From: an uncultured virus (IMG/VR IMGVR_UViG_3300010262_000280)
Lineage: Duplodnaviria; Heunggongvirae; Uroviricota; Caudoviricetes
IMG/VR virus record: IMGVR_UViG_3300010262_000280
DNA length: 64,000 bases
Strand: one strand, 5' to 3'
The notes beneath the pieces were generated by a model. The model did no database searches, was not told the origin of the DNA, and worked only from the letters and a program-made list of their open reading frames with translations. Of the stretch, positions 17,501 through 25,971 are shown piece by piece. Position 1 is the first letter of the stretch. Every line of letters starts with the position of its first letter. The translations under genes and the position numbers were made by a program.

Positions 17501-18117
17501 GTAATGGCGCTCTCAAAGTCCATCGACGCCTGCGCGCAGCTGGCGAAGTATTCGTAGATCTCTTTCAGAGCGACGGCGATGCCTGCGGCCACGATGGCCT
17601 CGTGTACCTGATTAAAGGCCTGCCCCGCCTTGTCGCCGAAGGTCATAGCTTTATCGGCGGCCTCGCCCTGCTCCTTTTTCAGCGTGTCGATCTTGCCGGC
17701 AAGCTGCTCGGAGCTGTGGGAGAGGTCGTCGGTATTGACGCCCGCCTCTTCCAAAGCCCCGCTCAGCTCGTTCAGCTTTGCCGTCTGCTTCTCCAGCGAG
17801 GCGGAGGTCTTGTCGATCTGAAGCTGCTTTGCCAGCAGCTTGTTCTTCATGTCGGCGGACTCGTTGCCGGTCTCCTCCATCTCCCGCTGGATATTGTCAT
17901 ATTGCTGCCGCAGCATTTCCAGCCGCTTCCGTGTCGCTTCCACAGCTGCCTGCTGCTTTTGGAATGCGGAAATATCCGCCTGTGTCTTGGAGAGGGCCTG
18001 GATTTCCTTCTGCATGGACACAATTTCCTGCTGAGCGGCCTTAAAGGTCTTGCTGTAACTGCCTCCAAGCTGCGCGTTCAACTGGAATAGCATCTCATAC
18101 TCTTTGCGGCCTGCCAT
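14518..18117 (-). CDS. Tail tape measure protein
   Basis: 1199 aa, Ala-rich helical; FESAITGVAKT, GYAVGT...LVGENGPEL. Confidence 0.92.
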   Translation of the reverse strand: MAGRKEYEMLFQLNAQLGGSYSKTFKAAQQEIVSMQKEIQALSKTQADISAFQKQQAAVEATRKRLEMLRQQYDNIQREMEETGNESADMKNKLLAKQLQIDKTSASLEKQTAKLNELSGALEEAGVNTDDLSHSSEQLAGKIDTLKKEQGEAADKAMTFGDKAGQAFNQVHEAIVAAGIAVALKEIYEYFASCAQASMDFESAITGVAKTTDLTDEELAAMSDSIKALSTEIPATTEEIAAVAEAAGQLGIQKDALLDFTEIMTMLGTATNMTADEAATALARFANITGMATDNYGRLGSVIVDLGNNFATTESEIVAMGTRLASAGKLAGLTEPEIMALAAAMSSVGIEAEAGGTAMTQTLNAIEKAVAKGGDDLAEFARIAGMSSEEFSSAWKNDAMSALTSFIGGLGKLDEQGESTVLVLEDLGLTGIRQSNMLKALGLAADQMTGAVNTANTAWQQNTALTNEANKRYATAQSRLTMMQNAYNNLKVAIGDAYTPALSEAYGVGTKVLNSITAFIQKNPALVNAITAFVGVIGAVVAALAAYAVAAKIAAAASAILTAAIPGVNVIMGVTAAVAAITAGIVALATAAANDAVPSVKELTEAARGMREAMDEAKATYDDTVTSTMAAAGVADTYIGKLEEMEAAGLNTDEQHRQYHNTLALLCQVVPELADYIDLETDTINGGTEALRANTEAWKQNAMQQAYQDQLTELYSQYSAVLIEAEENSIGLTKAQYSLEAAQQKLSDTYAQMDALWADAQKQADAYYDQYGYYTDATAFLSQEYYDLQNSIYDTNNEIWAAEKSIKNYNKAMEEDADAVSEAEAEIALAEEAVKNLTASMNEGTGASEEAAAQASEFQAAISGVQEKINALVESYNEAYSAAYESISGQYQLWDEAAKVVATSAGSINSALESQITYWQDYNANLQSLTDRSADIEGLSDMIASFADGSSDSVNAIAGMAGATDEQLATMVANWKTLQQEQQNAAGSVADLKTDFTATMDELQTALAEDIEAMDLGDEAKASAQATIQGFIDGAVGMLPQVTAAYNRVAAAARAALSASGTGTAGSIPGYAVGTQSAAPGFALVGENGPELVYFNGGEQVMTAEETAAMRESMEIQAITFAPQLLEALHAIHGDGALSAEPGAGSGAGSVELQIVFQINGGASPETVEALREYGDEFAERVLEVMEEAGIDTARRAYK

Positions 18118-18137
18118 AGACGGCCCTCCTTTCAGAT

Positions 18138-18329
18138 TTATTTATTCTTGCGTCGCTCCCGCGCCTCCTTCACAAGCTGGTTGCTGACTTTGATCCACTT
18201 GCATAGGGACGGCAGGGGCAACGACAGCCAGTAGGAAACGGGGGTCTGATTGTTTTTCGCCATCGTAAGACATTGCCTGCGGAGCCAGACGCCGCCGTCG
18301 CCGGTTACAGCTCCGATGCCAGCAAAAAA
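18138..18329 (-). CDS. -1 frameshift extension of tail assembly chaperone (P2 E+E'-like)
   Basis: Slippery TTTTTTG at 18329-18323; the -1 frame is open to TAA 18140-18138 (...TPVSYWLSLPLPSLCKWI...). Confidence 0.7.
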   Translation of the reverse strand, partial: FFAGIGAVTGDGGVWLRRQCLTMAKNNQTPVSYWLSLPLPSLCKWIKVSNQLVKEARERRKNK

Positions 18330-18730
18330 GAGCGGGCCTTGCCTCTGACGCGGTTGAACTCGAAGATGGGCAGGGCGCGCAGGGCGTCGTCGCCGATACG
18401 GCGGGGACGGCCGCTGGCGTCAATGATGGTGTTGGTGCAGGCTCGCGCCGCCATGCGCACCAGGAACTGGCCGGAGAAGGTAGGCGAGATGGTGGGCTTG
18501 CCGATGGCCTGAAGCTCGTCCTCAATGGCAAGAGCGTCATCGCCGGTCAGCCCCTCAAAGTCGAAGTTCAGCTCGTCAAAGGTCTGCCCCTCGTAGGTGA
18601 AGGGCTTTTTCAGCTTGAGGGTGTAGTTGCCTACGCTCTCCTTGGCCTGCGCCTCGGCGGCGGCGTACTCGTCGTGATCGACGGTGGAGAAAGCGTCGGC
18701 GGGAACAACGGTCTTGTTGATATCAGCCAT
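18305..18730 (-). CDS. Tail assembly chaperone
   Basis: Between tube and tape measure; LKKPFTYEG...FDFEGLTG. Confidence 0.8.
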   Translation of the reverse strand: MADINKTVVPADAFSTVDHDEYAAAEAQAKESVGNYTLKLKKPFTYEGQTFDELNFDFEGLTGDDALAIEDELQAIGKPTISPTFSGQFLVRMAARACTNTIIDASGRPRRIGDDALRALPIFEFNRVRGKARSFLLASEL

Positions 18731-18802
18731 GGTGATAACTCCTTTCAAATCTCAAAAAGATGCCCGGAGCGGATGTTCCGCCCCGGGCTTTTGTCAGGTC
18801 TC

Positions 18803-19312
18803 TTACATGCCGAGCGCCTTGCGGACGTCGGCCAGGTAGTCGGTGCCGTTGACATAGCAGATGAAGTTGAGCTGGTCGACCTCACGCACCTTCTTGCCGT
18901 CAATGTAGGTCGCCCAGTAGCGGACGGCGTACTCGCCGGAGCCGTTGGAGGGCGCGGCGGGGGCGACGGAGCCGCCCTTGTCACTCTTGGGAATGACCAC
19001 AAGAATGTGCTTGACGGCGCGGACGACCACCTTGCCTGCCACGACATCTTCGTCCTGCTGCGCAACGCGCAGGTCGATGGTGTGACGGCGAGGCTCGGAG
19101 AGCTTCACGCTCTGATCGGTGACGGTGCGGAAGTTAAGGCCCAGCGTCATCGCGTCGAAGTGGCCGAGAATGACCGACTCCACATTGCCTGCGATGCCGG
19201 CGCCAGAGATGGACTGCGTCAGCGCGGTCAGGTCAGGCAGGGTCGCCTGTGCCATACCGACATATTCAACAGAGTCCTCGTAGACCTTGAAGTTGATAAT
19301 GCTCTGATCCAT
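18803..19312 (-). CDS. Major tail tube protein (P2 FII-like)
   Basis: ATLPDL...ISGAGIAG...VNGTDYLADVRKALG. Confidence 0.88.
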   Translation of the reverse strand: MDQSIINFKVYEDSVEYVGMAQATLPDLTALTQSISGAGIAGNVESVILGHFDAMTLGLNFRTVTDQSVKLSEPRRHTIDLRVAQQDEDVVAGKVVVRAVKHILVVIPKSDKGGSVAPAAPSNGSGEYAVRYWATYIDGKKVREVDQLNFICYVNGTDYLADVRKALGM

Positions 19313-19327
19313 GATTCAAACCTCCTT

Positions 19328-20749
19328 TTAGCCCTGCAGGGCGCTGGTGACATAGCTGGCGTCATACTCCAGCACGAAGTCGATCTCCTGAGCAGGAGAG
19401 GGCGGCGTCATGTAGACATGGAGCTTGATGATGCCGGCCATGAGGTTGGTCAGCGGGTTCTCGTTCTCCAGCATCTCCACGCGAGCGCCCAGAAGGTAGC
19501 CCATACCCACCAGACCGTTGAGCCAGATGTTGGCGGAATCGAGAACGGTGTCGATCAGGCGGCGGGTCATAGGCTTGTCCAGCTTGCTCCAGAAGGTCTT
19601 GACGAGGGAGTTGCCGACCCAGCCGAACATACGGCTGACCGGGATAAAGTAATCCTTGACATCGGTGTTGGAGGGATAGCAGGCGGTGTAGTTGCCCCAC
19701 GCCACCCAGCCGCTCATGAAGTTCAGCGCAGTATCCACGCCGATGCCGTTGAGGTAGTTGGCCTGCGCAAGCGTCAGGTTGACCTCGGTGCCGTCCTCCA
19801 GGCAGAGGCCGTCGCACTGCAGCCCCTTATTGGAGGGAGACTCGTAGGGGCAGCCGCCGTTGCCGGTGTCGATCTGCGCCATCAGCCCCGCCATCTGGGT
19901 AGACAGGTGGAACTTATAATCGCCCAGCTTCGCCATCGGCCAGAAGGCGATCTCGTCCTCGTCGGCGATGTTGGCGGCGTTCTTCTTGGTGAGAACATCG
20001 GAATAGGCACGCGCGCCGGAAGCGCCGCAGTCGATGTCGATCAGCGCCTTGGCGCGGAACAGGCCGTTGATGTTGCCTGCCTTGGCGGTCATTGCAGCGG
20101 CCACGGTAGACTGCTGAGAATAGCCGGGGGCGCACAGCAGATCGGGGACGATGCCCAGCAGGGTCAGGCACAGCTCCACATTCTCCATCGCGGAGGCGAT
20201 GTCAGATGCGGTGACGGTGGATGCCTTGACCTTGTTGTAGGCGATGTTTACCTGCTCGGCGTCATAGGCGCTGCCGGTAGACAGCAGCTCCACTACCAGA
20301 TGCTCGCCGCTGTAATAGGCGTTATAGTCGGTGCCGGACACATAGGCAGAGCCGGTACCGCCGGCAGGCTTGATGACCAGCGCGGAATCGTTGATGGCCG
20401 CGATGGGAAGCTTCACCTTGTGCTCCGTCACCGCAACATCAGCCGCGGCAGACGCCTCCTTTGCGGTGGCGATATCCAGAACATTGCAGAAAATGACAGG
20501 CTGGCAGGCGAACAGCTTGAAGTGCGAATACATGAATTCGCAGAGCGTGTAGGTTGCCCAGTCGTCGGAGTAGCCCAGCTTCTCCACCGCCTCAGACCAG
20601 CTGGTGCAGAGAACAGGGGTGCCGGGGGCAGCAGGCTTATCCGCCGCCTGAACAGGAGCCAGACCGACCACGAAGGGGACGCCGGACTCCGCCACGACAG
20701 GGGTGCTGACGCTGGTAGCCTGCTGAGAGACATATACGCCGTGGTTCAT
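19328..20749 (-). CDS. Tail sheath protein
   Basis: HGVYV, PYESPSNK, QANYLNGIG, PPSPAQEIDF. Confidence 0.92.
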   Translation of the reverse strand: MNHGVYVSQQATSVSTPVVAESGVPFVVGLAPVQAADKPAAPGTPVLCTSWSEAVEKLGYSDDWATYTLCEFMYSHFKLFACQPVIFCNVLDIATAKEASAAADVAVTEHKVKLPIAAINDSALVIKPAGGTGSAYVSGTDYNAYYSGEHLVVELLSTGSAYDAEQVNIAYNKVKASTVTASDIASAMENVELCLTLLGIVPDLLCAPGYSQQSTVAAAMTAKAGNINGLFRAKALIDIDCGASGARAYSDVLTKKNAANIADEDEIAFWPMAKLGDYKFHLSTQMAGLMAQIDTGNGGCPYESPSNKGLQCDGLCLEDGTEVNLTLAQANYLNGIGVDTALNFMSGWVAWGNYTACYPSNTDVKDYFIPVSRMFGWVGNSLVKTFWSKLDKPMTRRLIDTVLDSANIWLNGLVGMGYLLGARVEMLENENPLTNLMAGIIKLHVYMTPPSPAQEIDFVLEYDASYVTSALQG

Positions 20750-20762
20750 TGAAATTTCCTCC

Positions 20763-21092
20763 TTACTTCATGCCCTTGGCCAGCTTGTGATAATTCACAT
20801 ACAGCAGGTTCCCAGGCGTTTTGACTTTGATGCGGTCGGCGGGGAGCGTTTCGTCGCTCACCACCAGCGACGCGATCAGCGGGTGCTGCTCGATCACCGG
20901 GGCAAGGGAGTCAAGGACTTCCTTCCGGCCGCCGCGATAGATGGTGCCGCGCTGGATTACGCCCATCATGGTCGGACCAAGATAGACGCAGAAGCCGCTG
21001 GTGTCGGCGACCTTCTTCGGCGCGGCAGGCTTTTTCTTTGCCGTCTTTGGCGCGGCGGTCTGAGCCGCCGTGTCGATGATTTTTTCGCTCAT
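20763..21092 (-). CDS. Hypothetical structural-region protein
   Basis: VYLGPT motif; operon position. Confidence 0.65.
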   Translation of the reverse strand: MSEKIIDTAAQTAAPKTAKKKPAAPKKVADTSGFCVYLGPTMMGVIQRGTIYRGGRKEVLDSLAPVIEQHPLIASLVVSDETLPADRIKVKTPGNLLYVNYHKLAKGMK

Positions 21093-21574
21093 AGGTTAAC
21101 CTCTCTTTCCACAGGGGGAAGCATCCATGTGGAGATCATTTCCCCTACGAAATAGGGGGCGGTGTCATCGGGATAGACCAGCGTTTCAAGCCCCGCCTCC
21201 AGGTCAAGGGTAAACTGCCCCCCGATCACGACCTGCCTGAGCATCGCAATGCGCAGCCGTTCCATGAGATTCAGCAGCATCAGCCCGCCCTCCTGCTCGT
21301 CATCGTTATAGACACAGCAGATAGACCGGACCTTGGCGCTGGAGGTCACGCGCTGTCCCTGCGGCTGTTGATCCATGCCGGTAATGACCTGGTGCAGCAC
21401 ATAGGGAGCCTTCTTGGTGGCAGAAGTGCCGTCCGGCAGGCGCGTCAGGTAGACCTTTGCAGGGCGAAAGCTCTGCTCCGTGTCGCCCTTCTGCAAACGG
21501 GTCGGCATGATCAGGTCGGCGGTGACCTCCTCGGTAAAGGCCCGCAGGCGTTCCAGCAGAATGATCCTTGTCAT
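21089..21574 (-). CDS. Putative tail completion/terminator protein
   Basis: Position and size. Confidence 0.6.
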   Translation of the reverse strand: MTRIILLERLRAFTEEVTADLIMPTRLQKGDTEQSFRPAKVYLTRLPDGTSATKKAPYVLHQVITGMDQQPQGQRVTSSAKVRSICCVYNDDEQEGGLMLLNLMERLRIAMLRQVVIGGQFTLDLEAGLETLVYPDDTAPYFVGEMISTWMLPPVEREVNL

Positions 21575-21577
21575 AAA

Positions 21578-22150
21578 TCAGCCTCCCCATCCGTTCAGCA
21601 CGCGCAGGATTTCATGCTCAACGCGCTTTTCGTAGGTGTCGCGGATCGTTTCGTCCATCTTCTCGATGACTTCTTCGTTCCGCATCATGTGTCCGATAGA
21701 CGGACCAAACTTCTGCTCCACAGGAAAGCGCGGAGAGCCGACGCGCTCGAAAACGGCAGTCGGGCCGAAAATGCGGGCCACGAATGCGTGTTGAAGTGTC
21801 GCAGCTCCGCCGTTGCGCTTTACCTGTGTCTGCACGGTGCCGTCCCGGCTGTATGTGGTGTTGAAGGTCAGCAGCGGGAGCACGGTACCGGAGAAACTGA
21901 TGCTCATACCCATCACGCCTCCCGCACCGCCTGTGATATGGGTCTTGGAGTGAACTCTCCGCATGAATTCACCCTTGTTGATGGTGTACTCGGCGGCTGC
22001 GAACTGTCCGGCGCGGGTCTTGGCTGTATCTCCGGCGCGCCTCAACGCGGAGAACGCCGCTTTGTAAACGCCGCCGGGGATATTGTGCAGAAGCTTGTTC
22101 ACGCGCTCCAGGCTGTCGCCGCCGACCTCGTTGACGCGGATAAAGCTCAT
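21578..22150 (-). CDS. Minor tail protein (lambda gpZ-like)
   Basis: HAFVARI...VFERVG...FGPSIGHM. Confidence 0.7.
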   Translation of the reverse strand: MSFIRVNEVGGDSLERVNKLLHNIPGGVYKAAFSALRRAGDTAKTRAGQFAAAEYTINKGEFMRRVHSKTHITGGAGGVMGMSISFSGTVLPLLTFNTTYSRDGTVQTQVKRNGGAATLQHAFVARIFGPTAVFERVGSPRFPVEQKFGPSIGHMMRNEEVIEKMDETIRDTYEKRVEHEILRVLNGWGG

Positions 22151-22515
22151 TCGTCCACCGCCTCCAATTCCACGCGTAGCATACCCATCTCACAGACTGA
22201 GGACGCGACATAGAACTCTCGGAAGAAGCCTCCGCCGCCCTCCTGGTCGTTGATCCTGATACGCTGCCCCCGCTCCGGCTGCACCCCGCCGAGATCGGAC
22301 AGGGCGCAGTGGAGAACGGAGGAAACGATGTAAAGCCCCTGGGCATGGTCGCTCATCAGCTGGCGGCGGTCCTTCTCCTTCAGGCCGGAGAGGACGATGG
22401 GAATATCCTCGTAGGTCGCCCCGTCGTACTTGACGGTGCGCTTTTCCGCGAACTCGTCGCAGTTGAGGAACACGCCGAAGTTGTCGCGGGCGACCATATC
22501 CTTGAAGCCGCTCAT
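22147..22515 (-). CDS. Head-tail joining protein
   Basis: FKDMVARD...FLNCDEFAE; position. Confidence 0.65.
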   Translation of the reverse strand: MSGFKDMVARDNFGVFLNCDEFAEKRTVKYDGATYEDIPIVLSGLKEKDRRQLMSDHAQGLYIVSSVLHCALSDLGGVQPERGQRIRINDQEGGGGFFREFYVASSVCEMGMLRVELEAVDE

Positions 22516-22985
22516 ACCACAGGCGCCTCCGGCGTCAGCACAGGGGGCGCTTCGCCGTCGTCCACGCCGTCGTCGTCCTCGGCGATCGCGTCCTCCAGCG
22601 GAACATCCGTAATGGCGGCGATCAGCTGCGCCTTGGTCTTGAGCTTAGCGGTGTCGATACCCATCTCCTTGGCCAGCTCCGTGAGTTTGGCGTTGGTCAG
22701 CGTTTTGAGCTGCTCGGGGTCAAGATGGGCGCTTTCCGCGCCCTCTGCGCCCTCGTCGCTGTTAGATGGGTCAGCGCCAGCCCCGCCGCCGTCCTCGCCC
22801 GCAGGGGGCGTTGCAACGGCGGGAGCGGGCGTTTCCTCGGCGGGGCGGGCGACACACAGGGCAAAAAGGCGCTGCGCCTCCTCTTCGGAGACCTCACAGA
22901 TACCGCCGCGGTCGATGGGAATGGGGTGCTTCGAGCCATCCGGTCTGTAGCCGTATGTGCCGCAGATGATCTCAATTTTCGTCAT
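22512..22985 (-). CDS. Hypothetical capsid-adjacent protein with HeH/Rho-N-like motif
   Basis: LTNAKLTELAKEMGIDTAKLKTKAQLIAAI. Confidence 0.65.
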   Translation of the reverse strand: MTKIEIICGTYGYRPDGSKHPIPIDRGGICEVSEEEAQRLFALCVARPAEETPAPAVATPPAGEDGGGAGADPSNSDEGAEGAESAHLDPEQLKTLTNAKLTELAKEMGIDTAKLKTKAQLIAAITDVPLEDAIAEDDDGVDDGEAPPVLTPEAPVV

Positions 22986-23008
22986 AGCAGTCTCCTTTCC
23001 GTGCCGGG

Positions 23009-24082
23009 TCAGGACACCACTTCGGCCGCGTAGATGTACGGGCAGTAGTTGTGGGGAGCAGCCAGCGGACGCGCGCCCAGACGCAGCTTGCGGATGTCCG
23101 CCTCCTGGTTCAGAGAGAACTTCGGAACGCGGATCGCCGCATGGGACGCGAACTCGGTGGAGCCGTAGTCGATCTGGGTGATCTGGCCATACATCAGATG
23201 GCCGCAGCCGGGGGCGGTGACCATGGCGGAGGTGGCGGGGAAATACTTCTGCTCCGCGCCGCTGCCGTCGATGTAGGTTTCGTCTACGGAGATCAGGTTC
23301 AGCTTGAAGCCGCCAAAGTTCAGCGTACCCATATAGACCACGCCATCGTAGCGGCTGAGTTCCTGGTCGATGGTACCGATGATGATGCCGCTGTTGCGGT
23401 CGAGCAGCTTCTGCACCTTCTCCATGTCGAGGATCGCGTCGGCTGCGTCAGAGCCGAGCACCAGGTCAACCGCGCGCAGGCCGCGCTTGGACAGCTTGCG
23501 GCACATGGCCTTCACATCGCCGAAGAAGTCGCCGCCCGTGGCGTTCCACTTGGTGGCCACGGTATAGGTGTGGTCGCTGGCGTCATCGAAGAACTTGACA
23601 TACAGCTTCTCACCCTCGGTCTTGTCGTCGATGTAGGTCTGCATGGTGCAGGCGTTGTTGATCATGGTCTGCGCGCACATCCACTCCTCGCGGCGCACGA
23701 TGCGGCGGTCCATGTCGGTCAGGTCACCCAGCTGCAGACGGGCCGCGCGCTGGGCGGGGGTGCTGTTGGCGTAGATGGCCTCGCCGAAGCCGCGCTTGCG
23801 CAGCTCGTCCAGCGTCAGCAGGCGGGACGGAGCGATGAAAGCGGGCTGATACTCGTGGATCTCGTAGCCGCGGCGATCCATGGGGATATCGCCGGCGCGG
23901 GCGGAGACGAACGCGGCCATCTTGCGGTCGCCCTTGCGGTACTCAGTCAGCACCTTGTCGCAGGCGAAGATGTCGCCCTCCCCGGTGGGGAAGTAGCGGT
24001 CCTTGAAAAAGGTCTGCTGGGGAACGATCTCCTCGGTGATCGCCATCAGCACATAGGTGTCAAAGAAATTCAGTTCAGCCAT
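23009..24082 (-). CDS. Major capsid protein (lambda gpE family)
   Basis: FFKDRYFP, RKMAAFVS, IVRREEWMCAQ, ARPLAAP. Confidence 0.92.
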   Translation of the reverse strand: MAELNFFDTYVLMAITEEIVPQQTFFKDRYFPTGEGDIFACDKVLTEYRKGDRKMAAFVSARAGDIPMDRRGYEIHEYQPAFIAPSRLLTLDELRKRGFGEAIYANSTPAQRAARLQLGDLTDMDRRIVRREEWMCAQTMINNACTMQTYIDDKTEGEKLYVKFFDDASDHTYTVATKWNATGGDFFGDVKAMCRKLSKRGLRAVDLVLGSDAADAILDMEKVQKLLDRNSGIIIGTIDQELSRYDGVVYMGTLNFGGFKLNLISVDETYIDGSGAEQKYFPATSAMVTAPGCGHLMYGQITQIDYGSTEFASHAAIRVPKFSLNQEADIRKLRLGARPLAAPHNYCPYIYAAEVVS

Positions 24083-24096
24083 TGTTGATTCCCTCC

Positions 24097-24501
24097 TTAG
24101 TTGGCAGCGGCGGCGGCCTTGAAGACGATGCCGCGCATACGCAGGTTGTCCTTATCGCCCTCGGTGATGGTGTAGCTGGCCGAGACCGTCACCTTGCCGA
24201 TGTCGAAGCAGCCGGCGGTGTAGACAGCTACCTTCTCGTCGGCAGCGGTGCCGACCTCGATGTCATCACACAGGATGCAATCGGGGGTCAGCGTTTCGTT
24301 GCTGACAGCCGCAGTACCCAGCACCACCAGCTTGCCGTCGCCGGCCGTGCCGGAGGACTTGGCGAGGATGGTGCCGCGCTTGAGCGTGGCCGCAGCGGAC
24401 AGCTTGCGGATAACACCGCCGCGCACTTCGGGCGCGGGCTTGATGTCGGTGATCAGACCGTCAAAGGTCATCTCGCCGAGCTTTTCACTCAGATTGATCA
24501 T
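24097..24501 (-). CDS. Head decoration protein (lambda gpD-like)
   Basis: LKRGTILA...CILCDD...YTAGCF...LRMRGI. Confidence 0.85.
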   Translation of the reverse strand: MINLSEKLGEMTFDGLITDIKPAPEVRGGVIRKLSAAATLKRGTILAKSSGTAGDGKLVVLGTAAVSNETLTPDCILCDDIEVGTAADEKVAVYTAGCFDIGKVTVSASYTITEGDKDNLRMRGIVFKAAAAAN

Positions 24502-24505
24502 GTTC

Positions 24506-25765
24506 TTAGCCCTCCTTCTTCTTGCCCAGCAGGTCAGCGACCATGCTCCGGGCGTTGGTCATGCGCGCCTCGGGGGTGTCATTCTTCTCGCCGTCTTCGC
24601 CCTCGGGCGTTTCGACTGCGGGGGCAGGAGCGGCAGGAACGCCCTCGGCGCCGGATTCCTCGCTGTCGTCCTTCAGATCGGTCAGAAACTTCTTGCCCTG
24701 CTTGGCGGCGTTCTTGGCCGCTGCCATCAGCAGGTCGGCAGCAGAGCAGGGCTTGTCGCCGTACTTGGCCTGCTGCACGTCCGTCGCGTCGAGCAGACCG
24801 GAGATCTCGTCGATCTCCTGCATACGTGCACGCTCGGCCTGGATTGCGGTGTTGACCGCCTCAGTGTGATCGACGGAAGCGCGGGCGTCGGCCTCCACCT
24901 GGGCGATCTCGTCCGGGTACTTCGCCCGGAGCTCTTCCTTAGTCATGGAAATTCCTCCTTCATCGCCGGTGACTTCCGGCTTGTTTTTATCTGTCTCAAC
25001 CGGGGCGGAGGCCTCGGGTGTGACTGTGGGAATGTTGTCCGGCGCGAACATGCCGGGGGCAAGGTGCATCTGCCGCCCGTTCACGAACAGGCTGCGCCCG
25101 TCCGCGCTGGCGGCGATGCTGGTCGGCTCCGCGTCCTCGATCAGCTCGTCCGCAAAGCCCTTGTCGATGGCCTCGCGGCCTGTCATATAGGTCGTGTCCG
25201 CCATCATGTGGGAGATCACCGTGGCCGACAGCCCGGTCTTGCGCGTGTAGACCTCCATCTGCATCTTGTCCCACGCCTCCTGCTGGGTGGCCTGTTCCCG
25301 CAGCTCGTCGGCGTTGTAGCCGCCCCACAGGAAGGTCCAGCATTTGTGGATCATGACGAGGCTGGATGGATTGACCTTGACCGTATCGCATGCGCACATG
25401 ATAAGACTGCCGCCGCTCATGGCAACGCCGTCCACGATGCAGGTGAGCTTCGTGCCGTTCCGCGCCAGCTCCCGCAGGCGGTTGTGGATCATATTGGACG
25501 CGCCGGCGTCGCCGCCGTAGCTGTTCATGCGGATAGTGATGGACGTGCAGCCGGAGATCTGCTTGAGGTCCTCCAAAAACTCGGAGAGCAGGATGTACTG
25601 CCCCTCGACGGGCTCGCCCCACCAGTTCGTGGGCTGCTCCTCGTAGATGTCTCCGTACATGGTGATCTCGGCATCACTGCCGTCCACCGTGGCCATCGTA
25701 TAGACCTTTTTCGAGATGCTGACGGCGGGAGACTTTCGCCCAGCTCTCTTTGCCGGAATACTCAT
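24506..25765 (-). CDS. ClpP-like head maturation protease with scaffold extension
   Basis: RMNSYGGD, DGVAMSGGS, VMIHK, TYMTGREAIDKGFAD. Confidence 0.9.
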   Translation of the reverse strand: MSIPAKRAGRKSPAVSISKKVYTMATVDGSDAEITMYGDIYEEQPTNWWGEPVEGQYILLSEFLEDLKQISGCTSITIRMNSYGGDAGASNMIHNRLRELARNGTKLTCIVDGVAMSGGSLIMCACDTVKVNPSSLVMIHKCWTFLWGGYNADELREQATQQEAWDKMQMEVYTRKTGLSATVISHMMADTTYMTGREAIDKGFADELIEDAEPTSIAASADGRSLFVNGRQMHLAPGMFAPDNIPTVTPEASAPVETDKNKPEVTGDEGGISMTKEELRAKYPDEIAQVEADARASVDHTEAVNTAIQAERARMQEIDEISGLLDATDVQQAKYGDKPCSAADLLMAAAKNAAKQGKKFLTDLKDDSEESGAEGVPAAPAPAVETPEGEDGEKNDTPEARMTNARSMVADLLGKKKEG

Positions 25766-25770
25766 GCGCA

Positions 25771-25971
25771 TTACCTCTTTTCTTTCCAGATATCGCTTGA
25801 CGGAATGTAGGGACTGTTCAGCCACTCGCGGATTCCCGCGCGGCAGTTCTCGTTGCAGCGGCGCTCCATGTTCTTCGGGCAATAGGCGCAGTAGTCGCTT
25901 GCATAGTTCCAGATGGCGAGCGCCATGCTCCGCACATTCAGGCTCTGCAGATGCTCGAAGTTAGTCTTCAT
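25771..25971 (-). CDS. Small Cys-rich protein (66 aa) between portal and protease
   Basis: CAYC...C...C; overlaps the portal stop; GAAGGTGA RBS. Confidence 0.55.
   Translation of the reverse strand: MKTNFEHLQSLNVRSMALAIWNYASDYCAYCPKNMERRCNENCRAGIREWLNSPYIPSSDIWKEKR

Noticed and set aside
14719..18090. Very long + strand ORFs opposite structural genes (also 3463-4878, 7335-9356, 12894-14402, 18674-20752, 24248-25810, and 61765-63486 on -)
   Set aside because: Antisense shadow frames caused by high-GC codon bias; no RBS or recognisable motifs, and the opposite strand has clear phage genes
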